From assembly GCA_043797975.1 (NCBI GenBank), contig JAZDPC010000055.1:11518-75517 (forward strand): DNA of 64,000 nucleotides, read 5' to 3'. Shown piece by piece: positions 1-10,241 of this stretch. Origin of the DNA: Bacteroidota bacterium (GTDB taxonomy: Bacteria; Bacteroidota; Bacteroidia; Bacteroidales; UBA12481). The position numbers and the translations under genes are program-made. The notes beneath the pieces are model-generated. The model worked only from the letters and a program-made list of their open reading frames with translations, was not told where the DNA came from and searched no databases. Position 1 is the stretch's first letter. Every line of letters begins with the position of its first letter.

Positions 1-2
1 GC

Positions 3-1073
3 AACCTGACAGGAGCCAACAGGATTACTTTCATTTCTCCCAGAATACCCCCGATTGATAATTCCATGACCGGGGCTCCCTTACTGGATTCTTCTTCCAC
101 CGTGAGCAGACTTGCTGAATGGCTCCGGCCTTTTTACGAATGGCCGGATAAGCTGGCCGAAAATTATTCCGACCGGTACCGCAGCGGTTTTATCCTGACC
201 TTTCTCCTTGCCAGCCTGGCGGTCGGACTTGCCTTGTTCCCTCTGATATCCGGATGGCTCTCTGACGAGCAACATTCCGGACTGACCATTTGCATGATCC
301 TGGAAGCCCTGGTTATTCTGACGATTCTGGGCCTGGTGTTTTTCACCCGGAAACGCCGCTGGCACAGCCGGTGGCTAGATTACCGGATGACGGCCGAATC
401 GGTACGGCAACTGAAATTATTCCTTCCGCTTGGCGGAGGGAAGCCTTTCCCCAGGATGGCTGCACATCTGACAAATTATGGTAATCCTCTGGCATCCTGG
501 ATGACCTGGTATGTTCAGGCAATAGAGCGGATTGCCGGACTTCCGTCGGAACGGGTAGATACCAATCATCTGAGACAGTGTCTGGCACAATATGCAGAGC
601 TGGTGGAAGAACAGCTGAACTACCATAAGCAAAGTGCCAGCATTTATCTAAAAATTGAAAAAAGACTACACCGGACAGCGGAACTCACTCTTTGGCTGAC
701 TTTGGGTGCCTGTCTGATCCATCTGTTACAGGTCTTCGTCCCGGCTATTCACTTTTCTGCGGTTTTTGGGAATGTGCTGATTTTCCTCTGCGGTTTTCTC
801 CCGGCTCTGGGGGCATCCATGGCGGGAATCAATCACCAGGGAGAATTCAGGCGGATCGCGAAAAGTTCCACGGCCATGTGCGATCAGTTTTCCACGCTCG
901 CTGAAGAGACAAGCAGCTTGCTCGGTAACCTGTCAAAAGACCATCCCGGTGAGTCAGATACATTATTTATCCGGGTAACGACCCTGTCGAGGGATATTGC
1001 CAACCTGATGATCAACGAAGTTTCCGACTGGAAAGTGGTTTACCAGGACCGGCCGCCGGTGTTGCCGGCATGA
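3..1073 (+). CDS. C-terminal part of a membrane protein with two SLATT/DUF4231-like 2TM modules (5'-truncated by the window edge)
   Basis: The frame is open from base 3 (NLTGANRITFISPRIPPIDNSM...). It has two pairs of hydrophobic helices, and the first pair is followed by WHSRWLDYRMTAESVR, like the SLATT W..YR..AE.LR motif. Confidence 0.6.
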   Translation, partial: NLTGANRITFISPRIPPIDNSMTGAPLLDSSSTVSRLAEWLRPFYEWPDKLAENYSDRYRSGFILTFLLASLAVGLALFPLISGWLSDEQHSGLTICMILEALVILTILGLVFFTRKRRWHSRWLDYRMTAESVRQLKLFLPLGGGKPFPRMAAHLTNYGNPLASWMTWYVQAIERIAGLPSERVDTNHLRQCLAQYAELVEEQLNYHKQSASIYLKIEKRLHRTAELTLWLTLGACLIHLLQVFVPAIHFSAVFGNVLIFLCGFLPALGASMAGINHQGEFRRIAKSSTAMCDQFSTLAEETSSLLGNLSKDHPGESDTLFIRVTTLSRDIANLMINEVSDWKVVYQDRPPVLPA

Positions 1074-1104
1074 CATTAAGAATATTTGACATATAAGTTC
1101 TAAT

Positions 1105-1131
1105 GTTCTGTATCTTTGAGAGTAATGACCT
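1105..1131 (+). promoter_or_regulatory. Bacteroidota -7 promoter element (TATCTTTG) in a 27-bp leader shared with 26141-26167
   Basis: gttctgtatctttgagagtaatgacct versus gttctgtacctttgagagtaatgacct, one mismatch. Both lie just upstream of TIR genes. Confidence 0.7.
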
Positions 1132-1143
1132 AATTTTTGAACT

Positions 1144-3489
1144 ATGTCTTCCGTCCTGCCCGGTTTCGAATACGATATCTTCATCAGCTACCGCCAGAAG
1201 GACAATAAAGGTGATGGATGGGTCACTGAGTTTGTCGAGGCTCTGAAAACGGAGCTCGAAGCCACCTTTAAAGAGGATATCAGCGTCTATTTCGATATCA
1301 ACCCGCATGATGGGCTGTTAGAGACCCATGATGTGGCAGCCTCGCTTAAAGAGAAGCTGAAGGCCCTTATCTTTATTCCGATCGTCTCACGCACCTATTG
1401 CGATCCCAACAGCTATGCCTGGGAACATGAATTTATCGCTTTTATTGAACAGGCTTCACAGGACCGGTTCGGACTTAAGGTGAAGCTGCCCGGCGGGAAT
1501 GTGGCCTCCAGGGTATTGCCGGTTCGGATTCACGATCTTGAACCGGAAGACATCAAGCTGGCCGAAAGGCACCTGGGGTTTATCCGGCCGGTGGACTTTA
1601 TTTATCATTCGCAGGGAGTCAACCGCCCGTTGAGGCTAAGGGATGACGACTTGGCCAAGTCCGGTCAGCAGGTGGTGTACCGGGATCAGATAAACAAGGT
1701 GGCCAATGCCATTAAAGAGATTATCAACGGATTGAAAATGGGGGCGGTCGCGCCGGAGAAGGCGAAGGTGCAACCCGGGGAGGAACTGGTGGACGAACCA
1801 CGAATAAAAACAGGAGAAGAAAAGAGGGACAGGGCAGAAAAGAAGACTTCGCGAGTTATCGGACGGAAACCTTTATTATGGGGATTGGCAATAGGGTTTC
1901 TGATAACCGTTGCAGCAATCCTTTTGTATCCAAAGGTTTTCAAACGGGATACACTGGAAAACCTGCGCAGTTCAGGGAAAATCAGCATTGTGGTCATGCC
2001 ATTTCAAAATCTGAGCAATGATTCATTGGATACTTTCCAAGATGTGATACAGCAGTTATTAATCAGTGAACTACTCAACTCTTCAGAATTTCTAATAGTC
2101 AAGCCGAGAGAAACCGTTGCCAGTGTGATTCAAGGCCAGGGGCTTACCAATAATAAAACATTATCATCTCAAGTCGCTAAAAAGATCTCTCATACTCTGG
2201 AGGCAGATGTATTTGTCACCGGTACTATAATTCTTATAGGAAACAGCATTCGTTTGACAGCACAGTTGAATGATTCCAATTCGGAGGATGTTCTAAATTC
2301 TTTTGTTGTAGCTGGGAAAGTGGCAGATATCAACCTGACCATTGATTCACTGAAATCTACAATAAGTAACTATCTGATAATAAATGTATTGAAAAAGGAA
2401 CTGTCCCCCGATATACAGTCTGTTACATCATCCAGTTCTCCGGAAGCTTGCAAGTTTTTCATCGCTGGAAATAATGCGATATTCAACTATGATTTTTATA
2501 CGGCTGGCTTAAATTACGAAAAGGCATTAGAGTTCGATCCAAATTTAAACTTCGCCAGGATCATGCTTTCATTAGCATATTGTTATCAATTTACGAGGAT
2601 TGATGAAGCAAGAAAAAGTTGCCAGGAGGTTTATGATAAAAGAGACCAGATGAACCGGTTAGAAAAAATTTGGACAAATTGGTTGTATGCTCGATTATTT
2701 GAAAAACCGGCTCAAGAGATAAACTATTTAAAGGATCTGATCAGTATGGATGATCAACAACCGCTTCTTCAAATGTTTTTGGCCGATGCGTACAAACGAT
2801 CTCATGAATATCCCAAAGCAATCTCAGAGATAGAGAAGGCGCTTGAGATTTACAAAAGATGGAAGATAAAGCCTGCAACATTTGGTTTATATTTAAATCT
2901 TGGAGACCTGTTACATGAAACTGGTCAAAATAAGAAGGAGAAAAAACTCTATAAGCAAGCGTCGCTTAATTTTCCTGACAATGACCACATTATCGGTTAC
3001 CAAGCCAGATGCTCATTTGCTCTTGGGGATACGGTTGAAGGAAGAAGACTTATGGAGGAAAAATATAAATCCACATTATATGATCTTCCTTCTGAGGCTG
3101 AAAAATTAGTTCAGATAGGAAGAGCTTTTCTTTATTATAAAATACTCCCGGATGAATCAGAGAAATATTTCCGGCAGGCCCTTAACTTAAAGCCTGATGA
3201 GCCGGTAATCTTGAATAGGGTTGCCGACGCGCTGATACATTTTGATCGTGATACAGCGAAAGGAATGGAGCTCAATGAGAAGGCATTGAGTTCAAGTCCT
3301 GACAATTATATTTTTCTATCTACAAAAGCCGAGGGATTGTTCAAACAGGGAAAATATCAGGAAGCATTGGAGGTCCTGAAAAAGAGTCTGGAGTTAATAC
3401 CTGAAAATACCGACGAAGTATCCGTCAACTACTTAAAAAGTTTCATACAGGATGTTGAAAGGGCAATTGCCAACCAAAACAAGAAATGA
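1144..3489 (+). CDS. TIR-like domain + TM helix + TolB_N-like domain + TPR repeats
   Basis: YDIFISYRQKD and SRTYCDPNSYAWEHEF resemble TIR motifs. TM LLWGLAIGFLITVAAILLY is followed by SIVVMPFQNLS (TolB_N-like) and C-terminal TPRs. Confidence 0.75.
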   Translation: MSSVLPGFEYDIFISYRQKDNKGDGWVTEFVEALKTELEATFKEDISVYFDINPHDGLLETHDVAASLKEKLKALIFIPIVSRTYCDPNSYAWEHEFIAFIEQASQDRFGLKVKLPGGNVASRVLPVRIHDLEPEDIKLAERHLGFIRPVDFIYHSQGVNRPLRLRDDDLAKSGQQVVYRDQINKVANAIKEIINGLKMGAVAPEKAKVQPGEELVDEPRIKTGEEKRDRAEKKTSRVIGRKPLLWGLAIGFLITVAAILLYPKVFKRDTLENLRSSGKISIVVMPFQNLSNDSLDTFQDVIQQLLISELLNSSEFLIVKPRETVASVIQGQGLTNNKTLSSQVAKKISHTLEADVFVTGTIILIGNSIRLTAQLNDSNSEDVLNSFVVAGKVADINLTIDSLKSTISNYLIINVLKKELSPDIQSVTSSSSPEACKFFIAGNNAIFNYDFYTAGLNYEKALEFDPNLNFARIMLSLAYCYQFTRIDEARKSCQEVYDKRDQMNRLEKIWTNWLYARLFEKPAQEINYLKDLISMDDQQPLLQMFLADAYKRSHEYPKAISEIEKALEIYKRWKIKPATFGLYLNLGDLLHETGQNKKEKKLYKQASLNFPDNDHIIGYQARCSFALGDTVEGRRLMEEKYKSTLYDLPSEAEKLVQIGRAFLYYKILPDESEKYFRQALNLKPDEPVILNRVADALIHFDRDTAKGMELNEKALSSSPDNYIFLSTKAEGLFKQGKYQEALEVLKKSLELIPENTDEVSVNYLKSFIQDVERAIANQNKK

Positions 3490-3508
3490 AAAATCAACGG
3501 GTATAAAC

Positions 3509-3524
3509 CCCAGGGCAAGCCCTG
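3509..3524 (+). terminator. Possible terminator hairpin after the TIR gene
   Basis: ccagggc-aa-gccctgg, followed shortly by a T-run. Confidence 0.35.
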
Positions 3525-3555
3525 GATCCATTTTTCAAATTAATCCATGTTCCTG

Positions 3556-3582
3556 CTGATCCTTGTGATATTCGTATATTTG
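3556..3582 (+). promoter_or_regulatory. Promoter (TATATTTG -7 element) preceded by a 19-bp sequence repeated at 11081-11099
   Basis: ctgatccttgtgatattcg + tatatttg, about 22 bp before ATG 3605. Confidence 0.55.
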
Positions 3583-3604
3583 TGTTGAAAAACAGTCATC
3601 ACAC

Positions 3605-3913
3605 ATGGAAAAAGAAACTAAAACATTTTTGATAAAGGTTGAAAGAAATGCGACTGAGCTCGTGAGTGAATTTGACCTTTTTATTTCGGCATGTGATGGT
3701 ATTTCTCCTGAAAATATCGCATATTCTGAATGGCGTCTTACTATTAGTGTTACAGTTGGTCAACGAGGTGGTGAAATTGAGCGTATTGACTCAATGAGAA
3801 TTGGAGATGTTCTTAGGTATAAAGGCAAGAATGACTCCCTGTTCGAGGTTCGTCTGATGACCATCGATACTGGTGCCGATAAATCTGCAGTTTTTGAAGT
3901 AAGCGAACTGTAA
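3605..3913 (+). CDS. Hypothetical protein (102 aa)
   Basis: ORF with an upstream promoter, 5 bp before the next gene. No family recognised. Confidence 0.6.
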   Translation: MEKETKTFLIKVERNATELVSEFDLFISACDGISPENIAYSEWRLTISVTVGQRGGEIERIDSMRIGDVLRYKGKNDSLFEVRLMTIDTGADKSAVFEVSEL

Positions 3914-3918
3914 TAAAA

Positions 3919-5244
3919 ATGAAAATAAGTAAGACATTAATTCCGGTGGTTGTCTTATGGGTTTGCATCGCGAATGTGTATGCACAAGACTGGCCCCAGT
4001 ATCTTGGGCCAGACAGAAATAGTATTTCAAATCAAAAAGGCATTCTACGTTCCTGGCCTCAGAACGGGCCGAAAATACTGTGGACTGCGGATATAGGCGT
4101 CGGATTTGCGGGGCCTGCTGTCAAAGACGGGAAGGTCTATTTACTGGATAGAAATGACGAGGTTGGTGACAATATGAGGTGTTTGGATCTTTCCACCGGA
4201 AAGGACCTCTGGAATTTTAACTATGAGGCCCCCGGATCGGTTATGTTTCCCGGCTCCCGAAGTGTGCCGGTTGTAGACGGCAATCATGTTTATTCGTGCG
4301 GCCCTTTCGGCCATCTGTATTGCATAGATACCAACACACACAAACCCGTCTGGAATAAAAACGTTTGGAAGGATTTCGGCGGTGAGGAAATACCGACATG
4401 GGCAATTACACAGTGTCCTTTGGTTTATGGTGATCTGCTGATTCTGGCTTCACAGGCTCCCCGGGCAGGTGTTGTGGCCTATGAAAAGCTTAATGGCCAT
4501 GTGAAATGGAAAACGCCATCATTGGGTTCTGTCGGATATGTCAGCCCGGCCATCGTGAAAATTGGCGGAGAGGACCATGTGGTTATGATTACCGCTTCAG
4601 AACGTGGTGGTCAGGGTGGGTCCGGCGGCAAGGGTAAAGTCGTTGGAATTAGTCCGCTCACCGGGAAAATCCTGTGGGAATATGCGAATTGGGATTGTAT
4701 GATCCCGGTGCCGGGTGCAGTTGATGCCGGTGATAACAAAGTGCTTATCGCAGGTGGATACGAACTCGGTACAGTTATGATAAAAGTCGAAAAAAAGGCA
4801 GACGGGAGCTACACCACAAAAGAACTATTTAAAACCGTAGAATTTGGCGATCATACCAAGCCGCCGTTACTGTATAAAGGTTATTTCTATGCTCAGTACG
4901 GAACCAATAACCGGCGTGACGGCCTGGCATGTATGAGCATGGATGGCCGGATAATGTGGAAAACAAAACGTTCACCTGATTTTAATAAAGGCAGTATGAT
5001 TCTGGCTGACGGGCTGCTCCTGGCTACCAACGGCGCCAAAATGTTGTATCTGATAGAGCCAGACCCATCTGAATTCAAACCAATTGCATCAGCAGAGTTG
5101 CTTAAAGAAGGAGGGACAAGCAATGATCCTATGGCCTCAAGAGTTGGAGGTACAACTCAAAACTGGGCACCTTTAGCGCTTGCTGACGGCAAGCTTTTAA
5201 TCCGGGATCAGCACCGCTTATTGTGCGTGAAAGTTGCTCAGTGA
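3919..5244 (+). CDS. Exported PQQ-like (BamB-type) beta-propeller protein
   Basis: Signal peptide, DWPQYLGPDRN start, and repeated CLDLSTGKDLW / TGKILWEY Trp-docking motifs. Confidence 0.85.
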   Translation: MKISKTLIPVVVLWVCIANVYAQDWPQYLGPDRNSISNQKGILRSWPQNGPKILWTADIGVGFAGPAVKDGKVYLLDRNDEVGDNMRCLDLSTGKDLWNFNYEAPGSVMFPGSRSVPVVDGNHVYSCGPFGHLYCIDTNTHKPVWNKNVWKDFGGEEIPTWAITQCPLVYGDLLILASQAPRAGVVAYEKLNGHVKWKTPSLGSVGYVSPAIVKIGGEDHVVMITASERGGQGGSGGKGKVVGISPLTGKILWEYANWDCMIPVPGAVDAGDNKVLIAGGYELGTVMIKVEKKADGSYTTKELFKTVEFGDHTKPPLLYKGYFYAQYGTNNRRDGLACMSMDGRIMWKTKRSPDFNKGSMILADGLLLATNGAKMLYLIEPDPSEFKPIASAELLKEGGTSNDPMASRVGGTTQNWAPLALADGKLLIRDQHRLLCVKVAQ

Positions 5245-5270
5245 AGCCAATTATAAGCTCTTAAAAACGA

Positions 5271-6389
5271 TTACACCATTTCTGAGTCGATCCAATGGAT
5301 GACTTCGTCCCGTATCAGTTTAAGCAGTGACAATTCGGGGGCGGCTATTGATTCCACATACGAAGCATGTTGGGGAACGATGGAGAATACCTTTTTGAAT
5401 CCCATGTCCCCTGTCGATTCGTTCAGACCGCACAGGCAAACCACCGGGATATGATATTTTTCTCCCAGCCTGAGCATACCCAGAGGGACCTTGCCCGATT
5501 TGGTCTGACGGTCAAGTTTCCCCTCGCCGGTAATGATCAGATCATATTGGCTGATCCGGCCCTCCAGGCCGGTCAGATCAACCTGGGCATCTATTCCCCT
5601 TATCAGCCGGGCATTAAAGCAACTTTTCAGGCAAAAACCCAAACCGCCTGCTGCACCCGCCCCGGGAACATCAGCATCATCCTGTCCTGTCTCCCTTTTG
5701 ACCACCTCTGCCCATATGGTCATTCCCTCTTCGAGCGATTCCACCATGGCCGGATCTGCTCCTTTCTGAGGTCCGTAAACCCGGGTGGCTCCCCGGGGGC
5801 CCAACAATGGATTATCCACATCACAAACCGCATAAAAGGATGCCGCCTGGATCCATGAATCAAGGGCGGAGGTGTCCAAAGCGGCTATCCGGTTCAAAAC
5901 CTTTCCCCCGTTTTCCTTGATCTCTACACCGCTTTTATCAAAAATTCCCACCCCCATCGCCGTCAGCAACCCGGCCCCGCCATCATTGACGGCACTGCCG
6001 CCCAGTCCGATATACACCCTTTCAGCCCCCTGCCGAAGGCCATCCCCGATCAGCAGGCCCAACCCGTAAGTGCCGGCATTCATGGGATTCCTTTCGGATT
6101 CTGCCAGTAGGCCCAGTCCGACTGTTACTGCTGATTCTATGATGGCTGTTTTATCATCGGAAAGGATATACTGACAAATGATCTCCCTGCCTAATGGATC
6201 CTGGCTGCGGGCCTGGCGCAATTGTCCCGGATATAATCCCTGCAATGAGTCCAGAAATCCTTCCCCTCCATCTGAAACCGGGAGGTAATCGACCTGGTGA
6301 GCCGGTGCCAGTTCCTGCTGAACGATCCGGCCGATCTCCCGTGAACTCATCGTGCCTTTAAAGGAATCCGAAGCGACGAGGATTTTCAT
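5271..6389 (-). CDS. glxK: Glycerate kinase (class I)
   Basis: MKILVASDSFKGTM, SDGGEG, GLGGSAVNDGG, YGPQKGA, GAGAAGG and ITGEGKLD motifs. Confidence 0.92.
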   Translation of the reverse strand: MKILVASDSFKGTMSSREIGRIVQQELAPAHQVDYLPVSDGGEGFLDSLQGLYPGQLRQARSQDPLGREIICQYILSDDKTAIIESAVTVGLGLLAESERNPMNAGTYGLGLLIGDGLRQGAERVYIGLGGSAVNDGGAGLLTAMGVGIFDKSGVEIKENGGKVLNRIAALDTSALDSWIQAASFYAVCDVDNPLLGPRGATRVYGPQKGADPAMVESLEEGMTIWAEVVKRETGQDDADVPGAGAAGGLGFCLKSCFNARLIRGIDAQVDLTGLEGRISQYDLIITGEGKLDRQTKSGKVPLGMLRLGEKYHIPVVCLCGLNESTGDMGFKKVFSIVPQHASYVESIAAPELSLLKLIRDEVIHWIDSEMV

Positions 6390-6400
6390 TGAATCAAATT

Positions 6401-7357
6401 TTAACTGACCACGTTGACAGGATTTCCATCCAGAAAAGACCGCAGGTTTTCAATGGCAATCTGCATCAACCGGATCCTGGCCTCCCTGGGTGCCCAGGCA
6501 ATATGGGGAGTGATGATGCAATTGGGGAGTTTCAACAAAGGGTGGTCATCCGGAGGTGGTTCCGTCTGCAGCACATCGAGTCCGGCCGCTGCTATTTTAC
6601 CAGATTTCAGGGCTTCCGCAAGGTCTTCCTCAACGATCAGCTGCCCCCTGGAAGTATTGATCAGGATAACCCCATCCTTCATTCCGGAAATGGTTTCCTG
6701 GTTGATGATCCCCTTGGTATCTTCAACCAGGGGACAATGCAGGCTGATCACATCGGACTTTTCGAGTACCTCATCCAGACCGGCAAAGCGGAAATCCTCG
6801 TTAACCAGTTCCGCTTTTGGATCCGGATCCATGGCGATGATTTTCATGCCAAACGCCCGGGCAATCCCGGCCACCTCCCGTCCGATCCTACCCATCCCTA
6901 TGATGCCCAGGGTTTTATCCGCCAGCTCGATCAGGGGATAATTCCAGAAACAGAAGTCACCGCTCTTTGTCCATCCCCCTTTTTTTACCGCTTCGTTATG
7001 GGCCCAAACATGGTGACAGATCTCGAGCAGATGAGCGAATACCATCTGTGCCACTGACTGAGTGCCGTAGGCAGGTATGTTGGTGACAACGATGCCATTC
7101 TCCCGGGCAGTCTGGATATCCACCACGTTGTATCCGGTAGCCAGAACCCCGATATATTTCAGGTATGGCAGTGCCCTGATGGTATCTCCTTTGAGTGGAG
7201 TCTTGTTGGTCAGTACAATCTCACAACCTGCCGCCCGGAGGATGATCTGATCCGGCGGAGTGCGGTCATAGATGGTGACTTCCCCGAAAGAATCCAGTTC
7301 ATCCCAGCTCAGGTCGCCGGGGTTTAATGTAAATCCGTCCAGGACAACGATCTTCAT
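6401..7357 (-). CDS. hprA: D-2-hydroxyacid dehydrogenase (hydroxypyruvate/glycerate dehydrogenase type)
   Basis: MKIVVLDGFTLNPGDLSW, GMGRIG Rossmann motif, LHCPL, INTSRG, ITPHIAW. Adjacent to glxK. Confidence 0.82.
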   Translation of the reverse strand: MKIVVLDGFTLNPGDLSWDELDSFGEVTIYDRTPPDQIILRAAGCEIVLTNKTPLKGDTIRALPYLKYIGVLATGYNVVDIQTARENGIVVTNIPAYGTQSVAQMVFAHLLEICHHVWAHNEAVKKGGWTKSGDFCFWNYPLIELADKTLGIIGMGRIGREVAGIARAFGMKIIAMDPDPKAELVNEDFRFAGLDEVLEKSDVISLHCPLVEDTKGIINQETISGMKDGVILINTSRGQLIVEEDLAEALKSGKIAAAGLDVLQTEPPPDDHPLLKLPNCIITPHIAWAPREARIRLMQIAIENLRSFLDGNPVNVVS

Positions 7358-7440
7358 GGATCTTGAATTATGCATCCCGAAACTTCTATTATTTGTTTAG
7401 TAAACAAAATTTCATGAACGAAATGACCTGTTTTATGGGT

Positions 7441-8901
7441 TCATCTTATTAATGCATCCAAAGCCTGCTGGTCAAAAACGGTTAAGGTATGCCTGTCGAA
7501 AATAGCACAGCCATTATTCCCGGTCGCACCATTATCCCAGTAAAATGGAATGATGCCGTTGGCTTTTGCCTGTTTGGTTACATAGTTGAGGTAATAGGCC
7601 CTCGAGTCCAGATGTCTGGTTAAAATATCACCCGTTAACGAAGAGCGGCGGACAACCGAGTATTCACCGAGAATTACCGGAATTCCCTGATCAACGAACT
7701 GGGTTTTCATCAGTTTAAAGTTGGCATTAACCGTGGCTTCTTCGCCCCAGGAAGCATTGCGCATGGGATCCGTAACGGAGTGATAATCTCTTCCCCAGTA
7801 GTAGAACATCTTGCCCCAACTGGCATCTTCGGTTAATCCGCAAAAATTCCAGGGGGTATAATAGTGGATTTCCACCATCAGGCGATTTTCTATTTGATCC
7901 GTGGGCAGTGACCCCATTAATTTATTGGTGGTTTCGATATCGGTTGATGGGCCTTGTATGACAAGAATGCGGTAGCTGTTCTTGCCTCCGGTGGAGCGGA
8001 CCGCATCGATAAAGGTTTGATGGTAGGATTTCAAAACGGCCATTTGAGCGGCATTGTCCACGTTGGGTTCATTGGTGCCGGCGAAAAGCAAATGCTCGTC
8101 GAAATCGCGCAGGTGCGTGGCTATTTGCTCCCAAAAAGCCCTCTGTTTCGCATTGTTTTCTTCCTGTTTGGCCTCCGTGCAGTTGTTTTCCAGCCATCCT
8201 CCATCCCAATGGATATTGAGCAGAACATACATATCGCTATCGATGCAATATTGAATCACTTCCCTGACCCGGTCGAGCCACTCCGGTTCCAGTTGTGCTG
8301 TTGAAGGATCGGCCATGTATTGGTTCCAGGAACAGGGAAGACGAATTGCGTTAAACCCGTTCTGTTTAACAAAATCGATCAGGTCCCTGGTGATTTTGGG
8401 ATTGCCCCAGGCCGTTTCGCCGCCAATGGCTTCCAGGCTGTTTCCCATGTTCCATCCCCGATTCATTTTAGCAGCCAGTTCCCCGGTCGTGCTGCTCATC
8501 CCGGTTGCATCGGGCCCGGTTGGTGAGGTGTTGTAATTTGGGTATAGTCCACCCTCTTGCGTTACATCGACCCGGATCACCGGGGCAGTTCCGGCACTGA
8601 TCTCAATAATTGCATACTTAGGCTCTTCCCCTTCGTTTTTCTGAGCAGTAACAGTGATTGTTGTACTGCTTCTGAAACCGGATGACTGGCTTACCTGCAA
8701 CCAATCGGAAGCCGGATTGTTAACGGTCCAGGATTGGGCATCGGTACTTATCGTAAGACTGTCTATGCCACCAGACCGTTGAAAATAAATCATTAAAGGA
8801 CTAACTGTCAGGGTGTTCTGTTCCTCATTCCTGCATCCCAGCAACCCGGAAAGACTTAAGACCAGTAGGGCAAGGATCCGGATTCTGTTGATGGTAGCCA
8901 T
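7441..8901 (-). CDS. Lipoprotein endoglucanase, BACON domain + GH5
   Basis: Lipobox LLGC, BACON-like N-terminus, GWNMGNSLE, NIHWDGGW, TNEP (acid/base), HYY and VILGEY (nucleophile). Confidence 0.88.
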   Translation of the reverse strand: MATINRIRILALLVLSLSGLLGCRNEEQNTLTVSPLMIYFQRSGGIDSLTISTDAQSWTVNNPASDWLQVSQSSGFRSSTTITVTAQKNEGEEPKYAIIEISAGTAPVIRVDVTQEGGLYPNYNTSPTGPDATGMSSTTGELAAKMNRGWNMGNSLEAIGGETAWGNPKITRDLIDFVKQNGFNAIRLPCSWNQYMADPSTAQLEPEWLDRVREVIQYCIDSDMYVLLNIHWDGGWLENNCTEAKQEENNAKQRAFWEQIATHLRDFDEHLLFAGTNEPNVDNAAQMAVLKSYHQTFIDAVRSTGGKNSYRILVIQGPSTDIETTNKLMGSLPTDQIENRLMVEIHYYTPWNFCGLTEDASWGKMFYYWGRDYHSVTDPMRNASWGEEATVNANFKLMKTQFVDQGIPVILGEYSVVRRSSLTGDILTRHLDSRAYYLNYVTKQAKANGIIPFYWDNGATGNNGCAIFDRHTLTVFDQQALDALIR

Positions 8902-8961
8902 AAGTTAACGTTAGGGTGAAAGTATTGTCGAAGTTTTCAGAGCTTGTATCAACAGGCTTGG

Positions 8962-9573
8962 TTATTGCCTCTTGTTTATGATTCTTAATTCTGACAATTT
9001 ATCAATAAGCATTTGATGAAGGTTTACCAGATCCAAGTAAGTTTCCTTATCTTCTATTGTTCTGCTTATAACTGATATCAATCCTGATCTTTTTCTTTTA
9101 GTATCAGTCAAATAAGAGAGATTATAAAGGTTATGTTTCAGGATTTTGGACCTGACTTTGTCATTCAATAACTTACCCGTTAATACAGGATCATTGCTGT
9201 GAATTAAATACCGGTTGTCAAAAACCTGATCACCCACCTCGATTTCCGTCTTGTATAATCTCTTCATGATTTTGTCAAAGAAATCCTCAACCCCGATAAC
9301 CAGTTCAAAATCGTGCAAGGATTCAAAGCCAACCTCGAACTTGAGTGGCCTGGTGTCCGATTCTGTCAGAATGATCTCCCATTCTTTATAGGGGATTACA
9401 ATTTTGAATATTGTAAGGGTGTTCCCCTGATCATGGCTTATAGAGAACACACCTCCGAGATTGGCCGCGAGTTCCCTGAAAAGCTCCGTTTTGGCCGAGA
9501 CATCGAGGACCCCGCTTGTCCGGGTCACATAAGATTGTTTCAGTATTTCAGCTATTCTTTTTTGCAGTATCAT
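8962..9573 (-). CDS. Hypothetical protein (DUF3137-like region)
   Basis: About 203 aa. IEVGDQVFDNRYLIHSND resembles DUF3137-type motifs. Confidence 0.55.
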   Translation of the reverse strand: MILQKRIAEILKQSYVTRTSGVLDVSAKTELFRELAANLGGVFSISHDQGNTLTIFKIVIPYKEWEIILTESDTRPLKFEVGFESLHDFELVIGVEDFFDKIMKRLYKTEIEVGDQVFDNRYLIHSNDPVLTGKLLNDKVRSKILKHNLYNLSYLTDTKRKRSGLISVISRTIEDKETYLDLVNLHQMLIDKLSELRIINKRQ

Positions 9574-9617
9574 GGCTTTGATTTGATTACAAGTTTCACG
9601 CTTCCAGATGGCACCTG

Positions 9618-10241
9618 TCAATTCAGCATTTGTTGCCTGACCCCCAGGATGCTATTGAACGGCGTTTGGATGATCAGCATGTTTGATATCCAAACCGGAA
9701 TATGTCCTACAGGATCCAGATAACCTTCGAGAACGACATTGGACGAATTTTCCCCGGCTGACGAAACGGTCCAGGTTTGCCGGTAATCCTTGATCCGCAC
9801 CAGGTTTTTCTGTTCAGGAATGACGCCGGTAAGCGAAGCCGCAACGACCGCGTAAATTCTTTTTTCCGGATCCATGCTGACGGTAACTTCCACGCACAGG
9901 TCGCGGTTTGCCACCGGCCAGGGAGTATCATAGACCAGGTAGTACCGCGCCCGCTTGTTCTTTTCATACGCCAGCACCTTGATCTGGGTGAGGTTCTTAT
10001 CCCACCATGCGGTATGGTTCACGTCTTCGATCAGGGTGAAGACCTTTTCAGCCGGGGCGTTGATGATGGCTGTTCCCTTAAAGGCTCTCAGTGATTTCCC
10101 TGCTTCCTGTCGCGTATATATTTTAATGCCATCCTGTTCCCTGATAAAATTCCACGATTGGGCCGCCAGTGAACCGGACAGTACCCAGGTTAAAACAAAC
10201 AAGTGAATAAAATGAAACCGTAGCTTATGCGTTATTGCCAT
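9618..10241 (-). CDS. Exported START-domain lipid-binding protein
   Basis: Signal peptide, WNFIREQDGIKIYTR, PWPVANRD and DPVGHIPVWISN. Confidence 0.82.
   Translation of the reverse strand: MAITHKLRFHFIHLFVLTWVLSGSLAAQSWNFIREQDGIKIYTRQEAGKSLRAFKGTAIINAPAEKVFTLIEDVNHTAWWDKNLTQIKVLAYEKNKRARYYLVYDTPWPVANRDLCVEVTVSMDPEKRIYAVVAASLTGVIPEQKNLVRIKDYRQTWTVSSAGENSSNVVLEGYLDPVGHIPVWISNMLIIQTPFNSILGVRQQMLN

Noticed and set aside
5271..7357. hprA-glxK pair as a novel pathway
   Set aside because: This is an ordinary hydroxypyruvate-to-phosphoglycerate pairing.
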